Assembly: GCA_964461725.1 (NCBI GenBank)
Contig: CAYWVN010000002.1
Coordinates: forward strand, 1-46,061
Direction: 5' to 3'
Length of the DNA stretch: 46,061 bases
Source of the DNA: an uncultured Coriobacteriia bacterium
Lineage (GTDB): Bacteria > Actinomycetota > Aquicultoria > CAYWVN01
In this document: one piece after another, positions 14,600-24,720 of the stretch
Layout of the letters: the number at the start of each line of letters is the position of its first letter
How positions within the stretch are numbered: the stretch's first letter is position 1
Program-made: the position numbers and the translations under genes
Notes under the pieces: generated by a model
The model's database searches: none
Told to the model about the DNA's origin: nothing
Seen by the model: the letters and a program-made list of their open reading frames with translations, nothing else

Positions 14600-15780
14600 A
14601 GATCGCCTATTTCGACTGTTTCTCGGGTATCAGTGGAGACATGGTACTGGGCGCCATGATCGACGCCGGTCTCGACTTCGAGCAGCTCAAGTCCGAGCTG
14701 GCCAAGCTCCCGCTCTCGAACTACCGCATCGAGGTGGCCAAGGTAGAGAAGCGGGCCATCGCGGCGACCAAGGTAAACGTTGTGGCCGAGGAGAAGGGCG
14801 TCGTCCGAACCTGGCCGAATGTCGCCGGTCTCCTTGACGCGAGCTCCCTTGACGAGCCTATCAAGGCGAAGGCGCGGGCTGTCTTCCTGCGGCTGGCGCA
14901 AGCCGAGTCTAAGATCCACCGCAAGGCGCTCGACCAGGTCCACTTCCACGAGATCGGCGCCGTGGACTCCATAGTCGACGTCGTGTCGGCGGCGGCCGGC
15001 CTGCACCTGATGGGCGTGCACGAGGTGTACTCGTCGGCCCTGGCCACCGGCATCGGACTGATCAGGACGGAACACGGTCCGCTTCCCAACCCGGCACCCG
15101 CCGTGCTGGAGATCCTGGAGGGCGCGCCGATCTACAGCACGGGCATTCCCGCCGAGCTGGTCACACCGACCGGCGCGGCGATAGTCAGGACCGTCGCGCG
15201 GGAGTTCGGCGACATGCCGCCGCTGAAGGTGGAACGAATCGGCTACGGCGCCGGCACCGCCGACCTCGACATCCCCAACGTCCTGCGCATCGTGATCGGC
15301 GAGGCCTGGCCGGACCGCGGGAAGGGCGACCTAGAGCTGGTCCTGCTCGCCGAGACCAACATCGACGATGTCAGCCCGCAGGTCTACTCGTATCTCACCG
15401 AGAAGCTCTTCGCGGTAGGTGCCTTGGACGTTTGGCTGACGCCCATCTACATGAAGAAGAACCGCCCCGGCACATCCGTCTCCGTCCTGGCGCCGCTGGA
15501 CAAGGAACAGGCGGTACTCGACGCGCTGTTCGAGGAGACGGCGACGCTGGGCGTGCGCGTGCTGCGGCAGCCTCGGCGCGTGGCCGAGCGCGAGGTCGTG
15601 GAGGTGGAGACCGAGCTCGGCAAGGCCCACGTCAAGCTGGCACGCCTGGGAGAGCGCTCGGTGAACATCGCCCCGGAGTACGAAGACTGCGCGCGCCTCG
15701 CCCGCGAGACGGACCGGCCCATCCGCGAGGTCATGGAGCTCGTGCGCGCCGCCGCCAGGAAGCAGCTGGGGCTCGACTAG
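14596..15780 (+). CDS. larC: Nickel insertion protein LarC (DUF111)
   Basis: 394 aa. GTG start overlapping the larB stop. The N-terminus [25 protein letters not shown] is the LarC signature. Confidence 0.9.
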   Translation: [394 protein letters not shown]

Positions 15781-15781
15781 C

Positions 15782-15806
15782 GAGGCCCCGCTCGTCGCGG
15801 GGCCTC
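15782..15806. terminator. GC-rich hairpin between larC and tRNA-Leu (possible bidirectional terminator, no clear U-tract)
   Basis: gaggccccg-ctcgtcg-cggggcctc, a 9-bp perfect stem with a 7-nt loop, followed by tt. Confidence 0.4.
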
Positions 15807-15807
15807 T

Positions 15808-15893
15808 TGGTGGGCGAGAGGGGAGTCGAACCCCTACGCCCTTGCGGGCACTAGGTCCTGAACCTAGCGCGTCTACCATTTCACCACTCGCCC
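15808..15893 (-). tRNA. tRNA-Leu (anticodon CAG), type II long variable arm, CCA encoded
   Basis: The reverse complement is GGGCGAGTGGTGAAATGGTAGACGCGCTAGGTTCAGGACCTAGTGCCCGCAAGGGCGTAGGGGTTCGACTCCCCTCTCGCCCACCA. It folds with acceptor GGGCGAG/CTCGCCC, anticodon stem CTAGG/CCTAG with loop TTCAGGA, and T-arm GGGGTTCGACTCCCC. Confidence 0.95.
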
Positions 15894-16037
15894 AAATCGC
15901 TGTCGCGGGCTTGCCCCGCGCAGCCGATGCAACTCCGGATAATAGTACATTCAGCCCGGCAAACCAACGCCTTGGCCGCCTTGCCTTTTCCAACTGCGCA
16001 GGAGAGAATATTCAATTAGCAGTCGGTCGTATCAGTC

Positions 16038-18107
16038 ATGTCGCAGAAGAGAGTCGCAGCAGCCATGGAACCACTCGCAGATGACGAACTGCTCTTAGGC
16101 CGCTACCGCGTCCTGGATACCATCGGGACAGGTGGTTTCGGCCGCATCTACAAGGCGTTCGACACGCGCATGGAGCGCAACGTCGCGCTGAAGATGATCC
16201 CCATCAATCCCAAGACGACGCCGCGGACCATCCGCGAGGCCAAGACGGTGGCACTGCTCAACCACTCCAACATCGTGACCCTCTACGAATTCGACCAGAC
16301 CGAACGCGACTACGTGCTCGTCATGGAGTACATCGACGGCATCACGCTGGCGGACATCTTGCGCCAGCGGGCACGGCTGACCGTGGAGGAGGCGGCGGCG
16401 ATCGCCATCCAGGTGTGCCGAGGCCTGGAATGTGCCCACTTGAACCACGTCATCCACCGCGACGTCAAGCCGCAGAACTTGATGCTGATGCGCGACGGCC
16501 GCGTCAAGGTGATGGACTTCGGCATCGCGCGCCTGAAACACACGCCCGTGACGAGAGACGGCAACATCCGCGGCACGCTCGCCTATATGTCGCCCGAGCA
16601 GGTCGAGGGCGAGCTGGTCGACGAGACAACCGATCTGTTCGCGCTCGGCGTAGTGCTCTACGAGATGCTGACGGGGATGAACCCATTCGAGGCTGCGACG
16701 CCGGGCGGTATCGTCTTCGCCGTCGTGAACAAGGAGCCCCCGCCGGTGAGCTCCGTGCTCCGGATGGAGCGCGACCAGGCGTCCGAGGGCGACCGCCCAT
16801 GCAAGGACCTTCCGTCCGAGCTAGACCGTGTCTTGGCTCGAGCCCTCGCCAAGCACCCGGACGACCGCTTCCCTTCTGCCGTCGACTTCCGCTACAAAGT
16901 CGAGCGGTTTCTGCCCCCGCGGACACGCGTGGAGGATATCGTGGCTTCGCTGGTTCAAGAAGCGGAGGTCTATCGACCGTCGTCGACGCCCGCGCCCACG
17001 AGGACCCGGCCCGCACGAGACGCGGTCGGAGACGGCATACTCCCCGCCGCCGATAGCGGAGCGGACGAACCTGCGGCGGCTGCTGAGCTGCCGGTCGGCC
17101 TGCCCATGAACGGGATGCGGGAGCGCCTGAACGAGCTCTGGGAACGCCATGCGCCGCTCGTCGCGCGCCTGACCTCGGGGTGCCTTCTGGGCATCTTCAC
17201 CTGGCTCGCGGCACGCTACGCGCCATTCTACCCGGCGGCCGCGCAGATCGTGCTGCCGGTGGTGGTCGCGCTCACCACCGTCATGGTCCCGGCAGTCGGG
17301 ACGGCCTTGGCGCTGGCCGGCGTTGCTCCGCCCATCTACGCGCACTCGATTGCGCTCGGCGCGCTCTGGACAGCCGGCGCGCTCGCCTACTGGCTCAGCC
17401 TGTCCGCGAGACAACCGCTCGCCTCCACCTGGCCGTTCACCGCGCCAGGCTTCTCGATGGCGCGCCTCACGTTCGCCTATCCCATCCTGGCCGGCCTCAC
17501 CTTCGGCCCGGTGCGCGCAGCGTTTCTCGCCTTCCTCGGATCGACGGCCGCAATCGGCTTCCAGCTGATGACCGGAATCGCGGTGCTCGAGACCAAGGTG
17601 CCGACCGGGCTCACCGGCACCTGGTGGGCCCGCCTTGATGGCGTCGCCAACCCGCTCGTGCCCATAGCCGAAATGGTCGGTATCGTCCGAGGCCGGCCGG
17701 AACTGCTCGTCTTCCCCGTCGTCTGGGCCGTCGCCGCCGCCACGACAAGCCTGGTGTCTACACGGCGGACCCCACTCACCTTCTTCACGGCCATCGGGGC
17801 CGGCCTGACGATCCTGGTCCTCGGCTATCAGGGCACGGCGGTGGCACTCGGCGGACCCGCCCTGGAGCAGTTGCTCCAGCACGTCGCCTTCTCGCTGCTC
17901 GCGCTCCTGCTCGTGGGAGTGCTGACCCCTTACGAAGTCGTCGCGGTCCGCCAGAAGCGACCGGTCGGCACGTACGACGGCGAGGAGGAGGACCGCCCAC
18001 CCCGCGCTATCGGCAACGCGTCTCGCCTTGGTCGCCGGGCACAGCGGCGGCGGTCGGCGGCAGACGACTCGGCAGACGACATGGAGCTATTCAGTGAACC
18101 TGCTTAG
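16038..18107 (+). CDS. Hanks-type Ser/Thr protein kinase with a large polytopic membrane C-terminal domain
   Basis: 689 aa. Kinase motifs GTGGFGRIYKA, VALKMI, HRDVKPQN, DFGIAR and SPEQ. The C-terminal half contains about 8 hydrophobic helices. Confidence 0.9.
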   Translation: MSQKRVAAAMEPLADDELLLGRYRVLDTIGTGGFGRIYKAFDTRMERNVALKMIPINPKTTPRTIREAKTVALLNHSNIVTLYEFDQTERDYVLVMEYIDGITLADILRQRARLTVEEAAAIAIQVCRGLECAHLNHVIHRDVKPQNLMLMRDGRVKVMDFGIARLKHTPVTRDGNIRGTLAYMSPEQVEGELVDETTDLFALGVVLYEMLTGMNPFEAATPGGIVFAVVNKEPPPVSSVLRMERDQASEGDRPCKDLPSELDRVLARALAKHPDDRFPSAVDFRYKVERFLPPRTRVEDIVASLVQEAEVYRPSSTPAPTRTRPARDAVGDGILPAADSGADEPAAAAELPVGLPMNGMRERLNELWERHAPLVARLTSGCLLGIFTWLAARYAPFYPAAAQIVLPVVVALTTVMVPAVGTALALAGVAPPIYAHSIALGALWTAGALAYWLSLSARQPLASTWPFTAPGFSMARLTFAYPILAGLTFGPVRAAFLAFLGSTAAIGFQLMTGIAVLETKVPTGLTGTWWARLDGVANPLVPIAEMVGIVRGRPELLVFPVVWAVAAATTSLVSTRRTPLTFFTAIGAGLTILVLGYQGTAVALGGPALEQLLQHVAFSLLALLLVGVLTPYEVVAVRQKRPVGTYDGEEEDRPPRAIGNASRLGRRAQRRRSAADDSADDMELFSEPA

Positions 18108-18846
18108 CGAATTCGAGAGCCGTCTGGAGACGGTCTTCGAGGGCTTCTTCACGCGCCGGTTCAAGACAGGCGTGCAACCCCTGGAAATCGCGAAGAGGCT
18201 CGCCAAGGAGATGGACAGCGGGAGGTCGCTTGGGATCTCACGCGCCTACGCTCCGAACCGATTCACGGTCTGGCTGAACGACGAGGACATGGCCCGGCTG
18301 GGCACGATGGAGAAGACGCTTGCCTCCGAGCTCGCCGAGTTCCTGGCCGGCCACGCTCGGGAACGGGGCTACCGGCTGGTCGCCAAACCACAGGTGGAAC
18401 TGCACGCGCAGGGTGGCGTCCGACTCGGTGAGATCGAGGTCACCGCCCAGGCGGCCGAAGGGAAAGCCGGCAAGGCCAAGGCGGCGCCCGCCAAGGGCGG
18501 CCACACCGAGGTCATCAGCGCCGAGGAGCTGGCCCGCGAGGCCAAGCGTCTGCCGCCGGCCCGGCTGATCGTCCAGGGCAAGCACGACGAGGCCGTGGTC
18601 TCCATCACCCGCGCTACGACGACACTCGGGCGGGCCGAGACAAACGAAGTCATCCTGCCTGACCCCAGCATCTCCCGGTTCCACGCGGAGATCGCTGTCT
18701 CCGATAAAGGGTACCGGCTGCGCGATCTTGGCAGCACCAACGGCACCTTCTTGAACGGCGCCCCCGTCACCTCGGCATACCTCGAGCCGGGCGACCAGAT
18801 CCGCTTGGGCGAAACGGTCATCGAGTTCAGGAGCGGCCTGACGTGA
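18094..18846 (+). CDS. fhaA: FhaA-like protein (DUF3662 N-terminal domain plus C-terminal FHA domain)
   Basis: Probable GTG start at 18094 (VNLLSEFESRLETVFEGFFTRRFKTGVQPLEIAKRL). The C-terminal FHA reads GRAETNEVILPDPSISRFHAEI...DLGSTNGTFLNG. Confidence 0.85.
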   Translation: MNLLSEFESRLETVFEGFFTRRFKTGVQPLEIAKRLAKEMDSGRSLGISRAYAPNRFTVWLNDEDMARLGTMEKTLASELAEFLAGHARERGYRLVAKPQVELHAQGGVRLGEIEVTAQAAEGKAGKAKAAPAKGGHTEVISAEELAREAKRLPPARLIVQGKHDEAVVSITRATTTLGRAETNEVILPDPSISRFHAEIAVSDKGYRLRDLGSTNGTFLNGAPVTSAYLEPGDQIRLGETVIEFRSGLT

Positions 18847-19277
18847 TCAGCTCGACCCTACTGATACTGAAGTTCGCGCTCTTGGGCGTCATGTACATCT
18901 TCGTCTTCCTGGTCGTGCTGCTCATCCTTGCGGACCTGCGCCGGTCCGGGCGCGCGATGCCAACCGAGGCCAACATCGAGCCACAGTTCTACCTGTCCGT
19001 GATCGGAGGGGAAAGCGCCGCCCTAGGACGCCGCTTCCTGCTGACCGAAGACACGGAGATCGGGCGCGACCCGGACTGCGACGTCCAGCTCGATGACCCG
19101 AGCGTGTCGAGCCGTCACTCCCGCCTCCGCCTGCGGGCAGACGGCCTCAGCATCGAGGACCTCGGCAGCACCAACGGCACCCTCCTGAACGGCGCCCAGA
19201 TAGTCGGGGCGGCCGCGGTACGGCCCGGTGACAAGATCAAACTGGGGCGCATCATCCTGCAGCTGGAGACTGAGTGA
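18843..19277 (+). CDS. fhaB: FhaB/FipA-like protein (one TM helix plus FHA domain)
   Basis: 144 aa. GTGA start/stop overlap. The FHA reads IGRDPDCDVQLDDPSVSSRHSRL...DLGSTNGTLLNG. Confidence 0.85.
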   Translation: MISSTLLILKFALLGVMYIFVFLVVLLILADLRRSGRAMPTEANIEPQFYLSVIGGESAALGRRFLLTEDTEIGRDPDCDVQLDDPSVSSRHSRLRLRADGLSIEDLGSTNGTLLNGAQIVGAAAVRPGDKIKLGRIILQLETE

Positions 19278-20038
19278 TGGGGTACGCGGCAGAGACTGAC
19301 ACTGGACGCGTCCGCGACTCCAACGAGGACTCGTTGCTGGCTAAACCGCCGGTGTTCGCGATCGCCGACGGCATGGGCGGCCACTCCTTCGGAGAGATCG
19401 CCAGCGCGCTCGCCCTGAAATCGGTTGCCCGCGGGCTGCGCCGCGTGCGGCCCGGCGAAGAACCCGCCGCCATCGAGCGAGCCATCGAGGACGCCAACCG
19501 CGAGGTCTTCAAGGAGGCCTTCGCCAGGGCCGGCCGCACCGGGATGGGGACGACACTCACCTGCGCGCTGGTGCGCGCGGACACCATTCACATCGGGCAC
19601 GTCGGCGACAGCCGCGCATATCTCTTGAGCGGCGATAGCCTGGCCCAACTCACGGCGGACCACTCGCTGGTCGCGGAGCTGGTCCGCTCGGGGCAGTTGT
19701 CAGAGGAGGAGGCGCGTGTGCACCCGAAGCGTAACGTCATCACGCGGGCGCTGGGCACCGAACCTTCAGTCACGGCGGATACGTCCGCTCATTCCGTGTC
19801 TCCGGGCGACCGGCTTCTGCTCTGCACCGACGGGTTGACCGGGATGCTCCCCGACGAGACCATCGCTCGGCTGCTGGCCGCCGCCGAGCCCGCGGAGGCC
19901 TGCCGAAGCCTCATCTCGGCCGCCAACGACGCGGGCGGCGAAGACAACATCACCGTGGTCGTGGTGGAAATCGATGGCAGCGAGAGCGCCCCGGCAGGCG
20001 GCTTCCTCAGTTCGCTCACAGGGTGGTGGAAGCGATAG
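19274..20038 (+). CDS. pstP: PP2C-family Ser/Thr phosphatase
   Basis: 254 aa. Motifs RDSNEDS, ADGMGGH, GDSRAYL, LCTDGL and GGEDNITVVV. Confidence 0.9.
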   Translation: MMGYAAETDTGRVRDSNEDSLLAKPPVFAIADGMGGHSFGEIASALALKSVARGLRRVRPGEEPAAIERAIEDANREVFKEAFARAGRTGMGTTLTCALVRADTIHIGHVGDSRAYLLSGDSLAQLTADHSLVAELVRSGQLSEEEARVHPKRNVITRALGTEPSVTADTSAHSVSPGDRLLLCTDGLTGMLPDETIARLLAAAEPAEACRSLISAANDAGGEDNITVVVVEIDGSESAPAGGFLSSLTGWWKR

Positions 20039-21402
20039 CCGCCGTCTTGGCGTTCTTCACCAACCGCAACCGCAACTGGGAGCTCGTGGTCCTGCTCTCG
20101 GTCGCCGCGCTGGCCGTCATGGGGCCGGCCGCTGTGGCGCTGGCTGAGGGGGCCCGAGACCTCGGCCCCGCCTACCGACTGGCCACGCTCACGTTGGCCC
20201 CGATTGCCGCGCTGCACCTGATCATGCGCCTGGCGGGCAGGCGGGGCGACGCAGCGCTGCTGCCGGCCGCCGGAGCCCTCTCAGCACTCGGAGTCGCCTT
20301 CATCTATCGCCTGACCCCCAAGCTGGTCGAGGCTCAGATCACCTGGATCCTCATCGGCGTGATCGCCGGAGGGTTGGTCGTCCTGGCGGGCGACCGGTAC
20401 CGCGCGCTGCAGCGCTACAAGTATCTGATAGGCTCGGCCGGTCTCGTTCTGCTGATCCTCCCGGCACTGATCGGTCGCGAGCACTTCGGCGCCAAGCTGT
20501 GGCTGTCCATCGGCGGTGTGAGCTTCCAGCCCTCGGAGATCGCCAAGTTGCTCATGGTCCTCTTCCTCGCCGCCTACCTCGACGAGAAGGGCGCCCTTTT
20601 GGGGGACTTCTCCAAGCGCGTCGGCCCCTTTCGCCTGCCGCGCTTCAAGTACCTCGGGCCGCTCCTCTTGATGTGGGCCATCTCGCTGATGGTCCTTGTC
20701 TTCGAGAAGGACCTCGGCTCATCGCTCCTCTTCTTCGGAGTGTTCTTGAGTATGGTCTATGTGGCCACGGGCCGGCTCTTCTACACGAACCTCGGCGGGA
20801 TCCTCTTCCTCTCTGGCGCAGCGATGTGCTATCGACTCTTCGCGCACGTCCGCACACGCGTGGACATCTGGCTGCACCCCTTCTCTGATGTCACCGGCAA
20901 GAGCTACCAGATCGCTCAATCGCTCTTCGCCATCGCATCGGGCGGTCTCACGGGAGCCGGACTGGCCCTGGGGTTCCCCACCCGGATCCCGGCGGTGCAG
21001 ACGGACTTCGTCTTCTCGGCCATCGCAGAGGAGCTCGGGTTGGTCGGCGCCACCGCAGTGCTGGCCGTCTATCTCATCTTCACCTACCACGGCTTCCGCG
21101 TGGCGTTGCGTGCCCGTGACGACTTCAGCCGGTTGCTCGCCACCGGGCTCACCGCGACGTTCGCCCTTCAGACCGTGGTCATCCTGGGCGGCGTGACGAG
21201 GTTGGTCCCGCTGACCGGCGTCACATTGCCGTTCATGAGCTACGGCGGTAGCAGCATCCTGGCCAACTTCATCCTGCTGGGGATGCTCTTGGCCATCTCC
21301 CACGAGACCGAGTCTCACGAATCGCGCGGCGCGGGTGCGGGTGCGGGCGCCAGTGCCGGCGGGAGCACGGGCGCGAGGCGTCCCTCTGGGAGGTCCAGGT
21401 GA
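20023..21402 (+). CDS. rodA: SEDS-family FtsW/RodA peptidoglycan polymerase
   Basis: 459 aa, polytopic. Motifs SFQPSEIAKLLMVLFLAAYL and TDFVFSAIAEELGL. The start is uncertain (GTG 20023). Confidence 0.9.
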   Translation: MVEAIAAVLAFFTNRNRNWELVVLLSVAALAVMGPAAVALAEGARDLGPAYRLATLTLAPIAALHLIMRLAGRRGDAALLPAAGALSALGVAFIYRLTPKLVEAQITWILIGVIAGGLVVLAGDRYRALQRYKYLIGSAGLVLLILPALIGREHFGAKLWLSIGGVSFQPSEIAKLLMVLFLAAYLDEKGALLGDFSKRVGPFRLPRFKYLGPLLLMWAISLMVLVFEKDLGSSLLFFGVFLSMVYVATGRLFYTNLGGILFLSGAAMCYRLFAHVRTRVDIWLHPFSDVTGKSYQIAQSLFAIASGGLTGAGLALGFPTRIPAVQTDFVFSAIAEELGLVGATAVLAVYLIFTYHGFRVALRARDDFSRLLATGLTATFALQTVVILGGVTRLVPLTGVTLPFMSYGGSSILANFILLGMLLAISHETESHESRGAGAGAGASAGGSTGARRPSGRSR

Positions 21403-22829
21403 ACACCGCCCTCCCAGACACCAAGCGATACGTCCGACAGCTCTCGTTCCTGTTCGTCGTGCTCTTCGTGGCGCTGGGCGCCAACCTCGCCTATCTGCAG
21501 ATAGCCGCCGCGCCGTCGATAACCGCCCAGCCGGGCAACTCCCGGTATCTGCTCGCGCAGATGACCGTTCCCGAGGGGAAGATCATGAGCGCCGACGGCA
21601 AGGTGCTGGCCGATAGCCGCCGCCGCCCGGGAAGCCACCAGTTCTACCGACGCGTCTACCCGCAGGGGGCACTGACCGCCCACATCACGGGATTTGCGAG
21701 CACCAAGTACGGCCGCACCGGTCTAGAGCGGTCGTACGCACGAGAGCTCTCGGCCCAACCACCGGTGCTCACCTGGGAAGACTATGTGGAGCGGATGCGG
21801 CGGGTGCGGCATCCCGGCAACACGCTGGTCACAACGATCGATGTGGCGCTCCAGCGGGCGGCCATGGGCGCACTGGGCCGGCGGCGCGGGGCCATCGTCG
21901 TCATGAGGCCGGACACCGGCGACATCCTCGCGTTGGCCTCATATCCCTCCTACGATCCCGGCACGGTTCACCGCCTCTGGCCGAAGCTCCGCAAGGACCC
22001 GGCCTCTCCGCTGATCAGCCGGGCGGCAGTGGGACGCTACCCCCCGGGGTCCGTCTTCAAGGTCATCACGGCCGCCGGAGCGCTCGACAGCGAGGTGGCC
22101 ACGCCGGACTCCATCTACGAGGGGCCGGCCGAGCTAACGGTCTACGGAGGCAAGGTCATCAACTACGCCGACGAGGGTCGCGGCACGATGCCCCTCTCTG
22201 AGGCGCTCGCTCTCTCTGTCAACACGATATTCGCCCAGGTGGGACTCGACCTCGGCGGCGCGAGGCTGGTGGACTACGCCGACCGGTTCGGGTTTAATCA
22301 GGATGTGCCGTTCGACCTACCGGCCTCCCGCAGCACCATCCCGGCCGCGGGCCGGATGGACAAGCTGGAAGTGGCCTGGAGCGCGGTGGGACAAGGCCGC
22401 GTACTCGTGACGCCGCTCGGGGCTGCTCTGGCGGCCTCGGCCATAGCCAATCGCGGAAGCCTCATGCAACCCCGCGTGGTGGCCGAGGTGCGCGACTGGC
22501 GAAACAACACGGTGCGCTTGATCGAGCCGCGGGAGTGGTCGCGGCCGATTTCCGCCGCGACGGCGCTCAAGATGACTGACATGATGATCGGCGTGGTCGA
22601 GAACGGGACCGGGCAGTCCGCCGCCATCGACGGCGTCAAGGTGGCCGGCAAGACCGGCACCGCGGAGCCGGGGCGGGGAGAGACGCACGCGTGGTTCGTG
22701 GGCTTCGCCCCGGCCGACGACCCTAAGTACGCGGTTTCGGTCGTGGTGGAACACGGTGGCCTGGGAGGACATACGGCCGCACCTTTGGCGAGGCGGATGT
22801 TGATACAGGCGCTCGGCATGGATAAGTAG
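21399..22829 (+). CDS. pbpA: Class B penicillin-binding protein (transpeptidase)
   Basis: 476 aa. SxxK (GSVFK), SxN (SVN) and KTG (KTGTA) motifs. GTGA overlap with the upstream gene. Confidence 0.9.
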   Translation: MNTALPDTKRYVRQLSFLFVVLFVALGANLAYLQIAAAPSITAQPGNSRYLLAQMTVPEGKIMSADGKVLADSRRRPGSHQFYRRVYPQGALTAHITGFASTKYGRTGLERSYARELSAQPPVLTWEDYVERMRRVRHPGNTLVTTIDVALQRAAMGALGRRRGAIVVMRPDTGDILALASYPSYDPGTVHRLWPKLRKDPASPLISRAAVGRYPPGSVFKVITAAGALDSEVATPDSIYEGPAELTVYGGKVINYADEGRGTMPLSEALALSVNTIFAQVGLDLGGARLVDYADRFGFNQDVPFDLPASRSTIPAAGRMDKLEVAWSAVGQGRVLVTPLGAALAASAIANRGSLMQPRVVAEVRDWRNNTVRLIEPREWSRPISAATALKMTDMMIGVVENGTGQSAAIDGVKVAGKTGTAEPGRGETHAWFVGFAPADDPKYAVSVVVEHGGLGGHTAAPLARRMLIQALGMDK

Positions 22830-22886
22830 CGACTTGGTGGAGGCCGACACGGCGCAGAGAGTGCGCCAGAGCAGTAGGAGCAGAGA

Positions 22887-24713
22887 GTGATCGGAGACGT
22901 GTTCGCGGATCGCTACCGCATCACCGCCAAGCTGGGGACAGGCGGTATGGCCGACGTCTATCTGGCCGATGACGAGAAGCTTCAGCGCGAGGTGGCGCTG
23001 AAGGTCCTCCACCCACAATTCGCTACCGACGAGAACTTCGTGGCCCGCTTCCGCCACGAGGCCCAGGCGGCCGCGGGGCTCAACCACCCCAACATCGTCT
23101 CCATCTACGACTGGGGTCAGGAGGACTCCACCTACTTCATCGTGATGGAGCGCGTCGAGGGGCGGGACCTGAAGCAGATCATCCAGGAGGACGGACCGCT
23201 GCCCGCGAGCATGGCGGTCGGCATCGCCTCGCAAGTCGCCAATGCGCTCACCTCCGCCCATCAGAACCACATCGTCCATCGCGATATCAAGCCGCACAAC
23301 ATCGTCATCAACCCGGAGGGCATCGCCAAGGTGACCGACTTCGGCATCGCCCGCGCCACAGCCTCCAATATCACTCAGACGGGATCGGTCATGGGAACGG
23401 CCCAGTACATATCGCCGGAACAGGCACAGGGCCAAGAGGTCGGGCCGGCAACCGACATCCACTCGCTGGGCGTCGTCCTCCACGAGATGATGACGGGCGA
23501 GGTCCCGTTCAACGGCGGCGACAGCGCGGTCGCCATCGCCATGAAGCACGCCTACGAGGCGCCGCCCAAGCCGCGCTCAATCAATCCGAAGGTCCCCCGG
23601 GCGCTGGAGTCGGTCATCCTGCACGCGATGGCCAAGCACCCCGAGCGACGGTACGCGTCCGCCGAGGAGTTGGGGACCGACCTCGCGCGCTTCAGCAAGG
23701 GCCGGCCTGTCTCGGCCGTTCCGGCCGTGGAGCAAACGATGGTCCCGGCACGCGCGGCGGCGCACGCGCGGGGCGCGGCGGCTCAGCCTCGCCGTTCGGC
23801 GCCGGCAGCGCCCCGGCAGACACGCCTGTGGCCATGGATCATCGCCGCGCTGATCGCACTGATGATCCTGGCTGCCGCTGGGTGGGCGGTCGTAAGCTTC
23901 ATCGCCGGAAACAACGTCAAGGTACCCGCCTTGACGGGGAAGACCGTGGCCGAAGCCCGGCAGGAGCTCACCAAGCTCGGACTCAAGTTCGCCATCGACC
24001 AGGTCTATGACGCCAAGGCGCCCAAGGGAGAAGTCACCAAGCAGCAGCCTGAGCCGGGCGAAACCCTGCCCAAGGGGAGCATCGTCTACCTTACGGTGAG
24101 CCGTGGGGTCGAGATGGTGAAGGTGCCCGACGTGAAGGGTGCCTCCCTCGAAGACGCCACCTTCTCCTTATCCCAGGCCGGCCTGCGTGTCGGCAAGGTC
24201 CAGGAGGTCTACAGCGACACCGTGACGAGCGGAAACATCGTCAACCAGAGCCCGGCCGCGAGCAAACAGGTTCCCAAGGATTCCGCGGTGCGCCTGTGGA
24301 CCAGCAAGGGCAAGAACATGGTCATCGTGCCGGCTGTCACCAACATGAGCGAGAGTCAGGCCTACTCGACCCTCGCGTCGCGCGGCCTGACCATGGTCCG
24401 TCAGTGGGACTTCTCTTCCTCGGTGCCCAAGGGGAAAGTGATCGATCAGGACCCGAACGCCGGGGAGCAGGTCGAGCGGGGCGGGTCCGTCACGGTCGTC
24501 ATCAGCAAGGGGAAAGAGATGGTCGGGGTGCCAGACGTCGTCGGATGGAACGAAGCCACCGGCAAGACTAAGCTGGAGAACGCCGGGTTCTCGGTTGAGA
24601 TCGAATACGTGGTCGATCCGCCCAACGCGGGCAAGATCGTCGATCAATACCCCGACGGCGGCAAGCAGGCCGAGAAGGGGAGCATCGTCAAGGTCCAGGT
24701 CGGCAAGGTGTAG
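22887..24713 (+). CDS. pknB: PknB-type Ser/Thr kinase with TM helix and four extracellular PASTA repeats
   Basis: 608 aa. Motifs VALKVL, HRDIKPHN, DFGIA and SPEQ. TM helix LWPWIIAALIALMILAAAGWAVVSF, followed by four repeats of about 65 aa of the V.VP...G form. Confidence 0.95.
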   Translation: MIGDVFADRYRITAKLGTGGMADVYLADDEKLQREVALKVLHPQFATDENFVARFRHEAQAAAGLNHPNIVSIYDWGQEDSTYFIVMERVEGRDLKQIIQEDGPLPASMAVGIASQVANALTSAHQNHIVHRDIKPHNIVINPEGIAKVTDFGIARATASNITQTGSVMGTAQYISPEQAQGQEVGPATDIHSLGVVLHEMMTGEVPFNGGDSAVAIAMKHAYEAPPKPRSINPKVPRALESVILHAMAKHPERRYASAEELGTDLARFSKGRPVSAVPAVEQTMVPARAAAHARGAAAQPRRSAPAAPRQTRLWPWIIAALIALMILAAAGWAVVSFIAGNNVKVPALTGKTVAEARQELTKLGLKFAIDQVYDAKAPKGEVTKQQPEPGETLPKGSIVYLTVSRGVEMVKVPDVKGASLEDATFSLSQAGLRVGKVQEVYSDTVTSGNIVNQSPAASKQVPKDSAVRLWTSKGKNMVIVPAVTNMSESQAYSTLASRGLTMVRQWDFSSSVPKGKVIDQDPNAGEQVERGGSVTVVISKGKEMVGVPDVVGWNEATGKTKLENAGFSVEIEYVVDPPNAGKIVDQYPDGGKQAEKGSIVKVQVGKV

Positions 24714-24720
24714 CTCCGGC

